64,000 nt of DNA from Lepidodermella squamata. Its lineage: Eukaryota; Animalia; Gastrotricha. The notes under the pieces were generated by a model that had not been told where the DNA came from, ran no database searches, and saw only the letters and a list, made by a program, of their open reading frames with translations. Positions within the stretch are counted from its first letter, which is position 1. Every line of letters starts with the position of its first letter. The DNA is taken from assembly GCA_047495785.1 (NCBI GenBank), contig JBLDXI010000074.1, positions 930,001 through 994,000 of the forward strand, read 5' to 3'. Positions 1-12,113 of the stretch are shown in pieces. The translations under genes were made by a program, and so were the position numbers.

Positions 1-479
1 TGGGGTCAACGATGACGATAATTACGTTATAGATGACGTATTGTTAAATTTACGTTAATTTTATTGTATTGCCAAATAGCGGAATAAAATGAGGATGACT
101 CAGACTGGTTTTATTACCCTAGGTCGTGTGATCATGATTATTCTTATTATTGGCCGTTTTTATTCGCGAACTCAGCAGTTTTGATGATGAACACAAGTCA
201 AAAGCAGCGCGCGTGCGTTGCGCAACCGAGTGGGGTCAAATGAGCGCTGAAAATAGCCATTGAGTGCGCATTACTCAATATGACGGCGGTTCGAGTGCCA
301 ACAACTGCTCGCATATCAACAAACGCTATAATAGCTGTGTAATTTGACAGACAGGCTACAACATCAAACCCAGCGTCAAATTAACCGCGCGCTCACCAGT
401 ATCGTATTCACGTTGATCCTCATTTTCTTCATTTCATACTCACTATCAATTTTTTCGGATTTAATCTATACGGAGGCAA

Positions 480-1443
480 ATGTTGCCGCACCCTCAGCCT
501 GGTCAGTGCTACCACCAGTACCACGTTCTCTCGATGAAGGACGCGCCTTTCAGCGGCGATGTGGGCATCTTCGATGAAATCGAGCAAATGTCACTGCCGC
601 GGCTTATCACCGTCATCAAACAACCGCAAAAAGTTATTTTTTTTTCAACACTTTTAATTAAGGTGGATTAAGGATCAAATTCTAAGTGTGCAACAACCTT
701 TCTGCGTTCGTTCAATTTTTTCCAATTTTTCGAATGTTCAGGACAAAAAACAACATTTTCCTGAATTCATCTCGAGTTAGGAAAAAAAGATTACCTAGCA
801 TCACAGGATATGAATCACCTCATTTTTCTACCTGATCATGTTATTTGGAAATCTATAGAAACAATTATTTAATAAAAGAGCTCTTTATTGTTTTGAATTT
901 CAAATTTTAAGAAATCAATTTCATCACATAAGAAAATCGGCAGCGCATTATCACTTTGCCTAAAATTGGAAAAATAGTAGGAAAAAACTAGGAAAGACTT
1001 CTGTTTTTTTTCAATTTTTCATTATTTTTTTGTTTTTTTTTTACCGCAAATAGTTTTCCGGCAAAGATGTGAGCGCGAAAATCGAAGATGATTACCTGGT
1101 GGGCGGTCTCTGTTCGAGCTGTCTCGATCACAGTTCAACGTCCGATCTCGCACTCGCTCTCTTCTGCCCTTGTATTTTATCTTGTCGGGCCGCTCGTCGC
1201 CTCGACGAAAACTGCTGTCTCCCCCTTCTCACCTGCGGACCTTACCCTCTCAGCGTTCGATTTCGAACCCTGGTCGGTATCAATCACGACATGTGCGACG
1301 AAGCTTGTCAATTCTGCTGCTGTCCTCAGTAAGAAAAATTCGTAAAATTACTCGTAAAATTATTTCTAATTTTTTTTAGACTGGCGATTTTACGTCTCAT
1401 CAATGAAATGAATAAGCGGAATTTTTCTATGGAACGGAGTTGA
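480..1443 (+). CDS. PLAC8/cornifelin-family Cys-rich protein; exons 480-631, 1054-1328, 1380-1443
   Basis: Spliced frame gives GGLCSSCLD...LFCPCILSCRAARRLDENCC...RFRTLVGINHDMCDEACQFCCCPQLAILRLINEM, the PLAC8 pattern. GT-AG junctions are in phase; AATAAA follows at ~1518. Confidence 0.85.
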
Positions 1444-2259
1444 AATCAAAGACACAATAATTTATCGTAGATCACTTGATTATTATTTGGTGGCGTTTTT
1501 GCGTATGGTTGACTGAGAATAAAAGAGGGCACGTGAAATTGCGTAATTCATTTTTTGCCTGAAGCACGAGCTGCTCTTCCAATGTAATTTTTCAATTTAT
1601 ATTCACCATCGATTTTCTCCTCATCGTCGTTTTGCAGTGCAATCAAAATTGACAAATTGCTGTATTATAATGCAATGAAAGTCACAACGGAAAAATGCGA
1701 GACAAGCAGCAGCAATTTGAATTGGGTCACTCCTAGCAATAAAAAGTCGCATTGCACGCGCTGTTTTGAGGAGTGTACTTTTCAGAAACACAACGACGAA
1801 TTTTTGATAAATCGCGCCTGCGTGGCTGTTTGTGTGTGTGTGCGTTATGTGGCTTGCTTACCTTGGACTTTCGTCGTGTCGACATACAGCCGACCAGCGA
1901 CTACACAATATAAATAACCCCGGCCTCTCTTTTGTAAGCAACACATGTGTAGTAGTAGCTGTTGTATTATTTATAGGCTTTTTGGCTGATGGAGCAGTAC
2001 ATTCATGCGGCATGGCTTACCATTCGCATACACACACACACAACCCGGCTTCAATGAGATAAGCTTCTTCATTTATTCGCATTTTTTCTTGCTTTTCATC
2101 GTCCATTTTTGTTGTTCTTGCATATCTATAGCTCTTCAGCGTGCCTGGCACAATTAATTTGGTTGAAAATGTCGCAGCTTTTAATTAGATGTTCTTGTTT
2201 ATAGGCTCGATGAACTGTCTTGTACTGCGAGGGTGAATTTCGATCGTTTATCAATTAAA

Positions 2260-2792
2260 TCAATTTTTTGGAGTTTTTAGGATTTCTTTACACCAAATTC
2301 ATAAGTCGAGATTTGTTGCTGTTTTAGAGATCCGCATTCCGCCAAATCTGTAGAAAATTCTTAAAAAAAATCCACCTTGGACATTTTTGAGCAATAGATT
2401 TCGAAGCTTTTTTTACTCGCATTTTGTCGTTCCTGCTCAGCCTTGCATGCGAATTATTGAACAACAATGCGCTGATATTTTATCGTAGAGCCAAATTGAA
2501 CTTTTCACTCGTCGTCGAAACAATTTTTTGAATTTTTTGGTAGTTTTCACAACTTCGTAGCACGAGCATTGTTGAGATTTATTGCTGCTTTTGAGATCCG
2601 CACTCCGCGAAATCACGCCGACAGTTTTCTCGGCAGGAAGCAATTCAGGGAAGAAAAATGGTCTCAGTTTTCTGTAGAAAATTCTTTAAAAAATCCACCT
2701 TAAAATTGTTGAGCAATAGATTTTTAAGCTTTTTTTACTCGCATTTCGTCGTTTTCTACTTTAATCAGCCTTGCATGCGAATTATTGAACAA
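2260..2792. repeat. Imperfect tandem direct repeat (~200-270 bp x2)
   Basis: gagatccgca...tgtagaaaattct...cagccttgcatgcgaattattgaacaa occurs at ~2325-2465 and ~2592-2792; the second copy has a ~55-bp insert. Confidence 0.75.
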
Positions 2793-2950
2793 AATTTCGC
2801 TCTCTCAGGCTGCTGCTGATGGATCAATCTAGATTTTTATCTCAATTATCTTCAAGACCATTCTTCTTGTCAAATAATGTTGCGAAAACGAGTTTTTTGT
2901 GTTCGATTTTTTTTGTAATTTTTAATTAATTCTTGATAGATTTTATTCGC

Positions 2951-5900
2951 ATGTGGCGAGTGGTGTTGAACCGCCGGACGCGGCGGACGTTGTTGCAATT
3001 TATCGTCGTCGTGCTCGTATTCTGCCTGTTATTCTACCTAACCGTCTCAATCACGGGCCATAATCGCTCAATTATTAACACCGACTCGACAAACAATTAC
3101 GATTCAGGTGCTAAATTATCATCGTCCGACGGCGACGGCCCGTCATCTATAGCACAATACCGCCATGACCGCTATAATCGGCGTAATGACCCAGATGTGC
3201 GGCCTGGCGCGTGGGGCAAGGCGCATTATTTGTACCTGTCAGGTCACGAGAAGGAACGCGAGGATAATTTAACGAAAAAAGAGGCTTTCAACATTCTCGT
3301 CAGCGAACAAGTACCGCTAAACCGATCACTGCCCGACTTCCGCCCAGCCGCGTGTAAGGCGCTCAAATACGACATCAACTCACTCCCAACCGCCAGTGTC
3401 GTGTTGATTTTCAACAACGAAGCATGGACTACGTTAATGAGGACAGCGCATTCGGTTGTGAATCGATCTCCGCCGCAGTTGTTGAAGGAAGTAATTCTAG
3501 TCGATGATTTCAGCGACCGGCCTGAGTTGACGGGCGATAAGCTGGACGTGTACGCGGCGAAAGAGTGGCCGGATGGCGCTGTCAAGGTGGTTCATTTGAA
3601 GGAGCGGTCCGGCCTGGTTGTGGCGCGACAACGAGGTGCTGAAGCTGCGACGGGCGATGTTGTCATCTTTCTCGATGCTCACTGCGAAGCTTCTGAAGTA
3701 AGCAACTTTACTTATGTTTTATTTCTTTCCTGATCGCAGCCAAAACTATTTCCCCCAATTTTGGAATTTTTTGAAATTTTCGCTAAATATTTATCGATTG
3801 GGGAAAAATTCAAATTTTTTAAATATTTTTTTATGCTCTGACTTCTGACCGACGATGTTTCAATATTAAATTGAATCAGTATTGGAATTTTAAATTGAAG
3901 GCAAAGGGCAATAGAATAGATTTTGACATCGATTCGATTCCACTTAAACCAATTTAGCTTAGAGATTTGAATTGCTTAATTTATTGAACAAATTGCGTAT
4001 AAAAACTTGTTTTCAAGCAAACATTTTCAAAATTGTGTTTTCGACAAATTCAATAAATTGCAGTTAAAATCCAATGCCAAGAGCTAATGCCAGTATTTGA
4101 ATGAAAATAAACAATCAAGAAACTTAGTAAGGTGTCGAAATTTTCGGATTTTTTCTGGATTTTCGTGAAATTTTAGAAGTGGCGAGAAGAGGGTTTTTCG
4201 GTTTTTAAGGGTGTGAATTAGAAGACTCTTGTTGAAGAAGAATTCACCTGGATCAGAGCTTCATATCTATATGTACAATCTAGCACGGTCTTGTGACCAC
4301 TGTAGAGCGATCAGCTGTACATATGGCAGACATAGGATGAGCTCGATGTATCTAACGCGAGACTTGCAGCTTAAAGGGGGCAGGTAGGACATTTTCATGG
4401 GTCTCAGTGATAGATTTAAAATTATCACTGATGATTGTGATAAAAGGACAGCAGAAAATTAGCTGGAGAAAAATTGTAGCACTGGGCGTAGACTAGTTGA
4501 TTCAACCACCCATCGGGTCCGCATTGCTGAAAACTTCGTTAGGATTGACAGTGGGTTCGATAGGGTCGATCGGCTGGCTGCTTGAAGCCTCAGCGCTGCT
4601 TTAGTAGGCTTCCAGGCGGCGCAGCTCCTCGAGGTCAGCCGGTGAAAGAACGAGTTTGCCGTCCTTGAATTGTTTCCGTCTGTCTCGCAAATCAGATCGT
4701 TAGTTTTGAAAGCAAGCTGCGGCAGCCTCGAGTCTCTACTTTCCTTGAGGATGGGAATAATAATAGCAATTTTCCAGTTTCTTGGCGCAAAGCTGTAGTT
4801 TAAATTCAGTTTATCACACTCAGCTGAAATAGTTGGCCAATTCTCCGCGACCTTCTTCGTCCAAGTATAAGCCAATTGCCAGTTGGTCGCTAGTAGTTGG
4901 ACTGGTTTTATTCTCGACGAGAGTGCAAGTGGTCATGCGCTCCTTGTTGTCTTGTAACCACATTCTCGCCATCTTAATCTGTAAAAATTAGCACGTTTAG
5001 AGGACCGCAAATTTTTATAAAATAAAATTTCGGTTTAAGGTTCGATAAGATGCAGTGTTAATACGTCAGCAAATTCTCGTCTCTCCCGCCCGCCTGTAGG
5101 TGGATCAATTGATTCCGATGTCAGAATTTGGGTGGCCCTGCTGGACAGTTTTTTGGCGTGTTAGAATTGCGTCAAACTAAAGCAAAATTAAATAATGATG
5201 AACTTTGGAACTTCAAGGGGTAGTTCCGCATAGAGGCCGCATAGAGGAAAGCACGCTGGCCATCTGGTCTAGTTTTAGAGGATGAAGCATGAAATTTAGT
5301 AAATGGATTGCATTTTCGAGTTCACTGAAATTTAAACTGCCTTTTTAGGTACAGTTTAGATTCCATTCGAACCTTATTCCATCTAATAAGCTCAAGGCAG
5401 GTTTAAAAAGCTCTCTGAACTTTTGGCGGGACACTATAAATTTGAGTTGAGGTTAGAAAAAGAAACGAGAAAGAGAAAAAGAATTATCCCATAATTTATT
5501 TAGAGAGTTCAAAGTGCATTCAATTCGTTGAAATTTTATAAGAGAAACGTGTACGCTTATTTCAAATGAAATTTAAAACGTGAAGTAAGTATATTTTATA
5601 AGCAAAATCGATCAAATTTCGATGCGATTTTCAACTGAAACCAAGAAAAGTTTTCACGATTTGGCGGCGAGCAGTAACCGTGGCGTTCGGTTGCACGACG
5701 AAAATTCGTAAAATTCTAGCACTTCGTTGATTCGTTGGCCGTTAGCATTGTTCAGGTTACTTAGCAGGCGAGGTGCAGCGAACTCTGGAAGATGAAGTGT
5801 TCGATTTCGCGGATAGCGAATTGCAATCACTTCACCCAGGCCGGCCGTCTGCTGATGGTTTCGGTTTTTCTTTTGCACATCCGAGAGAAGCCTGTTAAAA

Positions 5901-8900
5901 TCAGAGGAAAATCGAATTTTCCAGGCCGCTTGCTTTCTAAGAAGTCATTTGAAGTAAAAAAGATAAGAAAATAGTATTGCTTAAGAATTTCGAGCGATCA
6001 TAATTGGCTATGGTAATCGTTGACGCTTCGTAAAGAGCCCGCTTTTGTACAAAATTAGTTCCCCTTGCGTTCGGAAATTTCCGATATTAAAAAGAGTCTA
6101 TTTAATAGAAATTGTACAGCATGCTAGCCGATGAGAAATAACAGCCCGAAGTTTTGAAGCCAAGAAAGGTTTTCACGATTTGGCGGTGGACAGCAAGCGT
6201 GGCGTTTTGTGCAACGGGTAGACCGTAAAATTCGAGCACCTCGTTGATTCTTTGGCCATTTGCATTATTGAGGCTGGTAAGGAGTCGTGGCTCAGCGAAA
6301 TTGACGCGATGCATCTTTCGATTGGGCGGGTATCGAATGGCGGTCGAATCGCCCGGGCCGGCTGCCTTCTGATGAGCGGTGTTAAAATTTTGCACCTCGA
6401 AGAGTTGCCTGCGAAAAGAGATTCACGTTGAATAAGCAACAAGCATCAATAAATTTTAATTATTAAAAAACGCTAGTTATTGAAGCATTTTTTAAAATAT
6501 TGAAAAATATTGGTTTTGAACGATTTTGCGGAAAAATCAAAATCTTACCTTTCGTACTGCGCTTCGTTGGCCCGCTATTGTTCCGCTTGAATCTCAGCGA
6601 CTGCTTGGTTGTTGACGATGACTCGAATGTCCTCTATCGCGGTCATGACATTCGCCAAAGCCGCCATCACTTGGTCGTGGTTGGCGAGCGCAGGAGCTCC
6701 TGCGTATCGAATAGCTATTGAATCTCCCGGACCAGCCGACTTCTGATGCTCGTGGTTTGTTTTTTGAACATGTGATAGTTGCCTGATTCGTTGCCGGGTC
6801 CACTTTTCTATAAAAGAAATTCAGAAATTTTCAATATTAAGGATGAGCCTATTAAATAGAAGTTGTACAGCGTCATGCCAGCTGATGAGAAATAACAGCC
6901 CAAAGCCTGATGTGTAGATTTTAATTAGCGAGAAAGAAGCCATCATTGTAATTTTGAGGTTTTTAGAAGTCACCAGACATATCGATGCATTTTTTATTTA
7001 ATTTTAATTAATTTAATTTTTGCAAAGGGTAACATTGAATTACTCTTTAAGGCCTAGTTTAGCATAGGTTTGAAAAGCACTCTTCAAATGATTTTCCGCT
7101 TTTTAAATTTGAAATTCAAAAAAATATATTTGAAAGTTTTGTGCAATAGGAAGAAAGTGAAGAATTTTGCAAAGGTTTAAGAATTGTCATCACTTATATC
7201 TGAATTTTTTTATTAGGGATGGATTGAGCCGCTGCTGCATCGGATAAAAGAGAAGCGATCGGCCGTTGTTTGCCCGATGATCGGCAGCGTCAGTGCCAGC
7301 GATTTTGCGGTGAGTGGCGGCGGTTCGGGCGGCGACGTGGGCACGTTCTGGTGGTCGCTTCACTTCAACTGGCGGCGGGCACCGCAACGCGAAATGCGCC
7401 GGCGCAAGAACCCGACCGACACTTACATGTCGCCAACGATGGCCGGCGGTCTGTTGGCTGTCGAACGAAAAGTAAACATTTGAAAATATTTTATACTAAT
7501 TAATGCATTTTTCTTCATTTTTATTGCAGTATTTCTTCGAGCTTGGTGGCTACGATACGGGCATGGACATCTGGGGTCAGTTTGATTTTTGATATTATAA
7601 TTATTAAAATTTCCATGGAGCACAGTAACTTTGCAGCGAGATCTTCAAGACCTAGAGCTAAACAGCGGAATAATGTAAAAAGGAAAAATGAAAAGTGAAA
7701 TCGAGTTGTGTAACGCGCTACACGAGTGCTCGAAAAGTGTCGCACCCGGGGATCGAACCCACATGTAACGCGCGGGATCGAGATGGCGGCTATCAAGCCG
7801 GGTTCGCCCTGCTGGGTGTCGTCGGCGATTTGCTGAAGACCGGGGCAAAGAATGATGTCAAAGTCGTATTCGCTGAGTTCTTCGATCCATCGCCATAGGC
7901 GCCTGCTTGGATTTTCCAGCAATTTTATCCGTAGCAAGGCTTTATAGTCCGTGATGACCTTGAATTTTGAGCCGTACACGTACAATTTGAATTGCTTTGT
8001 TGACGCCCAGTGAATGGCCATCGCTTCGAGTTCAGTTGCGGAATAGCGAAGCGCGGCGCCCGATAGCGCTTTACTTCCGGCGGCGATAACTCGTTCGATG
8101 CCGTCTTGGATTTGTGTAAGGACAGCGCCAAGAGCGGTTCCGCTGGCGTCGCAGTGGATGCGGTAGGGCAGAGCCGTGCCTTGCCTGAAAGGCAGCCCGG
8201 GTTTGATCCCCAGGTACGACACTTTTCGAGCACGTTACAAGTTCTTAATTCGATTGGGTAAGGCAACGGTTGAAGCCTTGGTGTTTGCCACCCGTATGGC
8301 AATCTTGTTGTTTGCCTCGCCGCTAGAAAATATGATAGACTCATAGATGGGAGTGATCGACCGGGTCCCATGCAGGCTGAGAGACAGGCTGAGACACAGG
8401 CGTCCGATCGAAGGACTGATTGATGGTCGTTGATGTGATCGAGGCAGGCTACGAGACAGACTGTGTGACAACTGTGTAGGAGAACTCACGATTCAGCACT
8501 GAAAATCGTGAAATTAATGCTCATGTTGGGGCCCCGACGAAAAAAACTGACGTCAGAGGTTACGAAGAAGAATCAGGTTTTATTGCTCACCCTGATTCTC
8601 CAAATCGCCGGTACCTTTCAATCGTTACTTGGGATGTAAGTGGGCGATGTGGTAGAATAACTTGAGCAACCTTCAATTGTGAATCAAAATGAAATATCAC
8701 ACTTGGATAATAGCCTTCAAAATAAATTAAAATTTCGAATTTCACCGTAGCGTCTTTCGATCAAAAATCTGTACCTAAAATATTTTTAATTAATCGGAAA
8801 ATATGTTTTCATAGGAGGCGAAAATCTGGAAATTTCATTCCGAACGTGGATGTGTGGAGGCTCAATCGAATTCGTACCGTGTTCGCAAGTGCCCCACGTG

Positions 8901-11900
8901 TGGCGCGATTTCCACCCGTACACGTTCCGAAACGGCAAGGACACGCACGGGCTGAACTCGATTCGCCTTGCCGAGGCTATGATGGACGACTACAAGCGGT
9001 TCTACTACTGGAACCGCGACTCGCTCACCGCGGAAATGGGCGGCGATGTTTCCGAACGCTTAGCGATTCGAAAGCGACTCAATTGCAAATCTTTCAAATG
9101 GTACCTGGATAATGTTCACCCGGAAAAGTTCATTCTAGACGATCACGCCCTTGGTTACGGCTATGTCAAGAATGAGGTCGCTGGCCAGTCGCTTTGCCTC
9201 AACATTTTGAACCGCGACGAGGGCAAACCGTTTATTTTAGGTGAGTACTGAAACATTTCGAAATCTTTCGACCGTTTGAAAAATCGAATTTGACATTTTC
9301 TAATTTTTTTCGGGCTACGTTTGAACCCTTTTTGTCGGTGAAATTTTTTAATTTAATTCTCCGGTAATTGGTCAGCGACTCTACCGCCAGTCATCAAGTT
9401 CCAGATTAATTGCTTAAATTATTCGAAAATTACTTTTTTATTCTTGAGACGTAGAATCGATGGGTCTCGAATCTACAACCCGTGCTTTGGAGGGCGGTCC
9501 TTGCCTTTTCTCTATCGACAAGACCCTAGGCTCAATGAACATTGAACGTAGTTCCTTTTTAAAAAAGAAATTAAAACAAGATTGAAATATGAGTAGAAAC
9601 GTTGAAAACATTAGGAATGCATTCAGTTCATAAGTTGGATCATATAGCCGTGAATCAGCCATCCCAAGTCGGCGAGGAGGCTGGTTCCAAAAGCCAATTT
9701 TCCGAGCTGAGCTAAAGCTTGGCTGAAATAAAAGACAGTCACGAAAGCCGCGATCATCAATCTTGAGGTTCTCAATATAGTAAATAGATCTGCCAGCCCA
9801 GAATCGTTGGCGTTGAACACATTGCCTCGCGTTGTGAAACCATTTGGCGCATTTGTCGCACTGAATGCCCTTTAGATTGCGGCTGCTCGGCAGTAATGCA
9901 GCTTTAATCATCTGATGTACCGATGATTAGCGGATGGCATGATCGTGTCCCATGTTGTTCACCAGAGGACGTTTTCGATGGTGGAGTAGTGATGCTGGTC
10001 TGCTAGGCTCGATGAACGTTAAATGTAGTTCCTTCTTAAAAAAATATTTTGAAAATTGAAGTTTGGTTAGAAACGTTGAAAATATTAGGAATGAATCAAC
10101 CAATAAGTTGGATGAGATAGCCGTTCAGATAGATCACATGGAATCATTGGTCTTGAACAAATTCTCCGTTATTGATGCGTTGTTGTATTATTACTTCGTG
10201 GTTTATCGAACAAAATCGCGAACAGATGAATGTCAAGTGAAAAGAACTTGATCAAACTGAAAAGAGCGTCTACCTTTCAAAGGTACAGGCGACCGTATTC
10301 TTCTGAATTCGCCGAATCTCTAGCAATAAGTCGCGCACATCGTCGTTGTTGGCTCTGGCTTTGCCTCGCATCATTAGATATCGAAGGAAATCGCGGACGA
10401 ACGTGAAGCGCAGAACAGCTTTTATTTAAAAAAAAGATAACAGTTGTCAAATTAAGCACAAAAAATTGCCTATTTCAGCTGGTTTTATAACTGGGCCGAA
10501 CTAGATTCACTGTGCAACAAGTATCTGCAGGAGGCGCTCAAAGTCATCGGGTGCTTCTTCGTGAGGGGCAACGGAGGCTCGTCGGCGAGTGTAAGGGTTG
10601 CGATGGCTTGAAGCCTTGTGCCAGAGTTTCCTATTCTGCCAGGATTCTTTTAAGTCTTAACCTTTCCATGAACGCCGGAAATGACCAATTAAAAGGCTCA
10701 ATTATTCTACAAAACAAATGTTTACGAACCTTCCGAAAGTGTTTCGCAGCAGCCGTAGCATGTCGGCTTGCTGGCGGGCGAACTCGGTCTGCTGAAGGCG
10801 AATCTCGCGAAGCAATGTGTAATCGTTTCGGGGCTGTCGGCTATCATTCGCTGGCTTCGTTCCAGGACGTACGCAACAAATCGGCGCAAGTTGTAGACTG
10901 CTGCGAAAGCTGAGAGATGAGTAAAAGGAAAACCTGTTGGAGTTCAAAATTGAGGGACCTCTTGGTTGTTACATGTATATACCTGGGCCATGCCAAATGA
11001 GCTGGATGAGCATTAACACCAGGGTTAAGAGCTCATCCGGGGCTCCCTGTGGGGGCAACGTCGACACGTCGACGAGAAACGTCGCGTTGGCGACACGTGC
11101 GGCCTGATTCGTCAAGCCCGCTGCTAATCCGCTATCAGCACGAATCATCTAGCCCGAAAAAAACAAGCTTCATTTCATTTGTTAAGATGCTTTTCTTAGA
11201 AGCAATTTCAGACATTTTGAATGACCGATAAAAAGTTGAGAACTTGGTCATTGCAAACTCGTATTTTTTACAAGAATTTAGTCAATTCTAAATTTTAAAA
11301 ACTAAAAATATTAATTTGGGGCGAAAGTTGGTTTGTGAGTTTAGAAATTAGAGCGATATGAAATAATTGATAATTAGTAGAAACCCAAATATAATCAGCG
11401 AAATAGATTGCCTCGATATTGGTAACTATCAAGTCTCCCCGTGTCTTTTTTTCGCTGTGAATTTCGCGATTTTAAAAATAATTGGTCTCTCATTCTAGGC
11501 GTTTATGGCTGTCACGATTTTCGAGCCATGAACCAGTTCATGTCGTTCTCGCTGTGGTCGGAACTGCGGCGCGATGAATCGTGCGCTATGCTCGACTCGT
11601 CGGCGAAAAATCTCGACGGCCCGCCGGTGAAGGTCAACATGCGGTGGTGCACGAGAGAAGCCAACGACGTGCCGGCCGACCCGGCCGAGCTGTGGCGGTA
11701 CAATCCAACAACCGGGCATTTGCAACACGTCGAATCAGGTAAAAGCAAAACATTCAGATAAAAATTAAAAGAAATCAATTTTGCTAATAAATTCAAGCAT
11801 TTTAGAATTTGTGAAAAAAATGTGAAATTTTTTATAATTATTTTTCTTAAGGTTAAATGATCGAATTTTTTTTTATTTTTTCATCAATTTTTTAATCAAA

Positions 11901-12113
11901 TATTACAATGTTGTGAATTTTTGAATTTTTCATATTCCTTCAATTTATTTTTTAGGGCGTTGTTTGACAACTCGCGGCCTAGTCGGCGGTTCTGACGTGT
12001 TAGCCGTGCGTTGCGAGAATTCCGACCCGCACCAGGTGTGGAAATTTGAAACGTGGCGAACTGGCGATCTGGCATCGTACAACGTCACATTTCCTACTCC
12101 GGTCCTTTCCTAG
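2951..12113 (+). CDS. Polypeptide N-acetylgalactosaminyltransferase (GT27, GLY-9/PGANT4-like), paralog A; exons 2951-3697, 7217-7471, 7530-7575, 8815-9240, 11499-11738, 11956-12113
   Basis: Type II TM anchor; motifs NEAWTTLMRT, LVDDFS, FLDAHCE (DxH), SPTMAGGL, DIWGGENLEISFRTWMCGG; C-terminal ricin lectin. All exons join in frame at GT-AG sites. Confidence 0.93.
4560..4980 (-). mobile_element. Degraded fragment with a LINE RT-like motif, in GALNT-A intron 1
   Basis: PRNWKIAIIIPILKE resembles the non-LTR RT N-terminal motif P.WK.A.IIPI.K; surrounding frames are broken. Confidence 0.35.
5641..6810 (-). pseudogene. Nested antisense Mug135_C-like coiled-coil gene remnants (exon ~6807-6549 with in-frame TAG, exon 6408-6102, frameshifted duplicate 5641-5895)
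   Basis: In-phase GT/AG splice joins a helical segment to ...LNNANGQRINEVLEFYGLPVAQNATLAVHRQIVKTFLGF. The HQKxAGPGDSxAIRY-type module occurs three times. Confidence 0.5.
7709..8239 (-). mobile_element. 531-bp element with tRNA-Ala-like terminal inverted repeats enclosing a Ty3/Gypsy RT-associated RNase H fragment
   Basis: Termini TGTAACG...CGTTACA; inverted match between 7709-7761 and 8198-8239; flanks agttg/agttc. Internal minus frame reads IHCDASGTALGAVLTQ...YSATELEAMAIHWA...KFKVITDYKAL...RLWRWIEELSEYDFDI. Confidence 0.8.
9438..11100 (-). mobile_element. Degraded transposon-like DNA in GALNT-A intron 4 (PHD-finger fragment, ~130-bp direct repeat)
   Basis: IQCDKCAKWFH is a partial PHD motif; ~9526-9651 is repeated at ~10003-10124; a hairpin lies at ~11000-11045. 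Confidence 0.35.

Noticed and set aside
6349-6405. Hammerhead-like CTGATGA...GAA
   Set aside because: Ends GAAG not GAAA, no convincing stems I/III, and the sequence is explained by the antisense coding frame. The same applies to CTGATGA at ~6882 and ~41297.
8150-8225. Functional tRNA-Ala gene
   Set aside because: No 5' acceptor strand or full D-arm and a mutated T-loop; it is the TIR of a mobile element.
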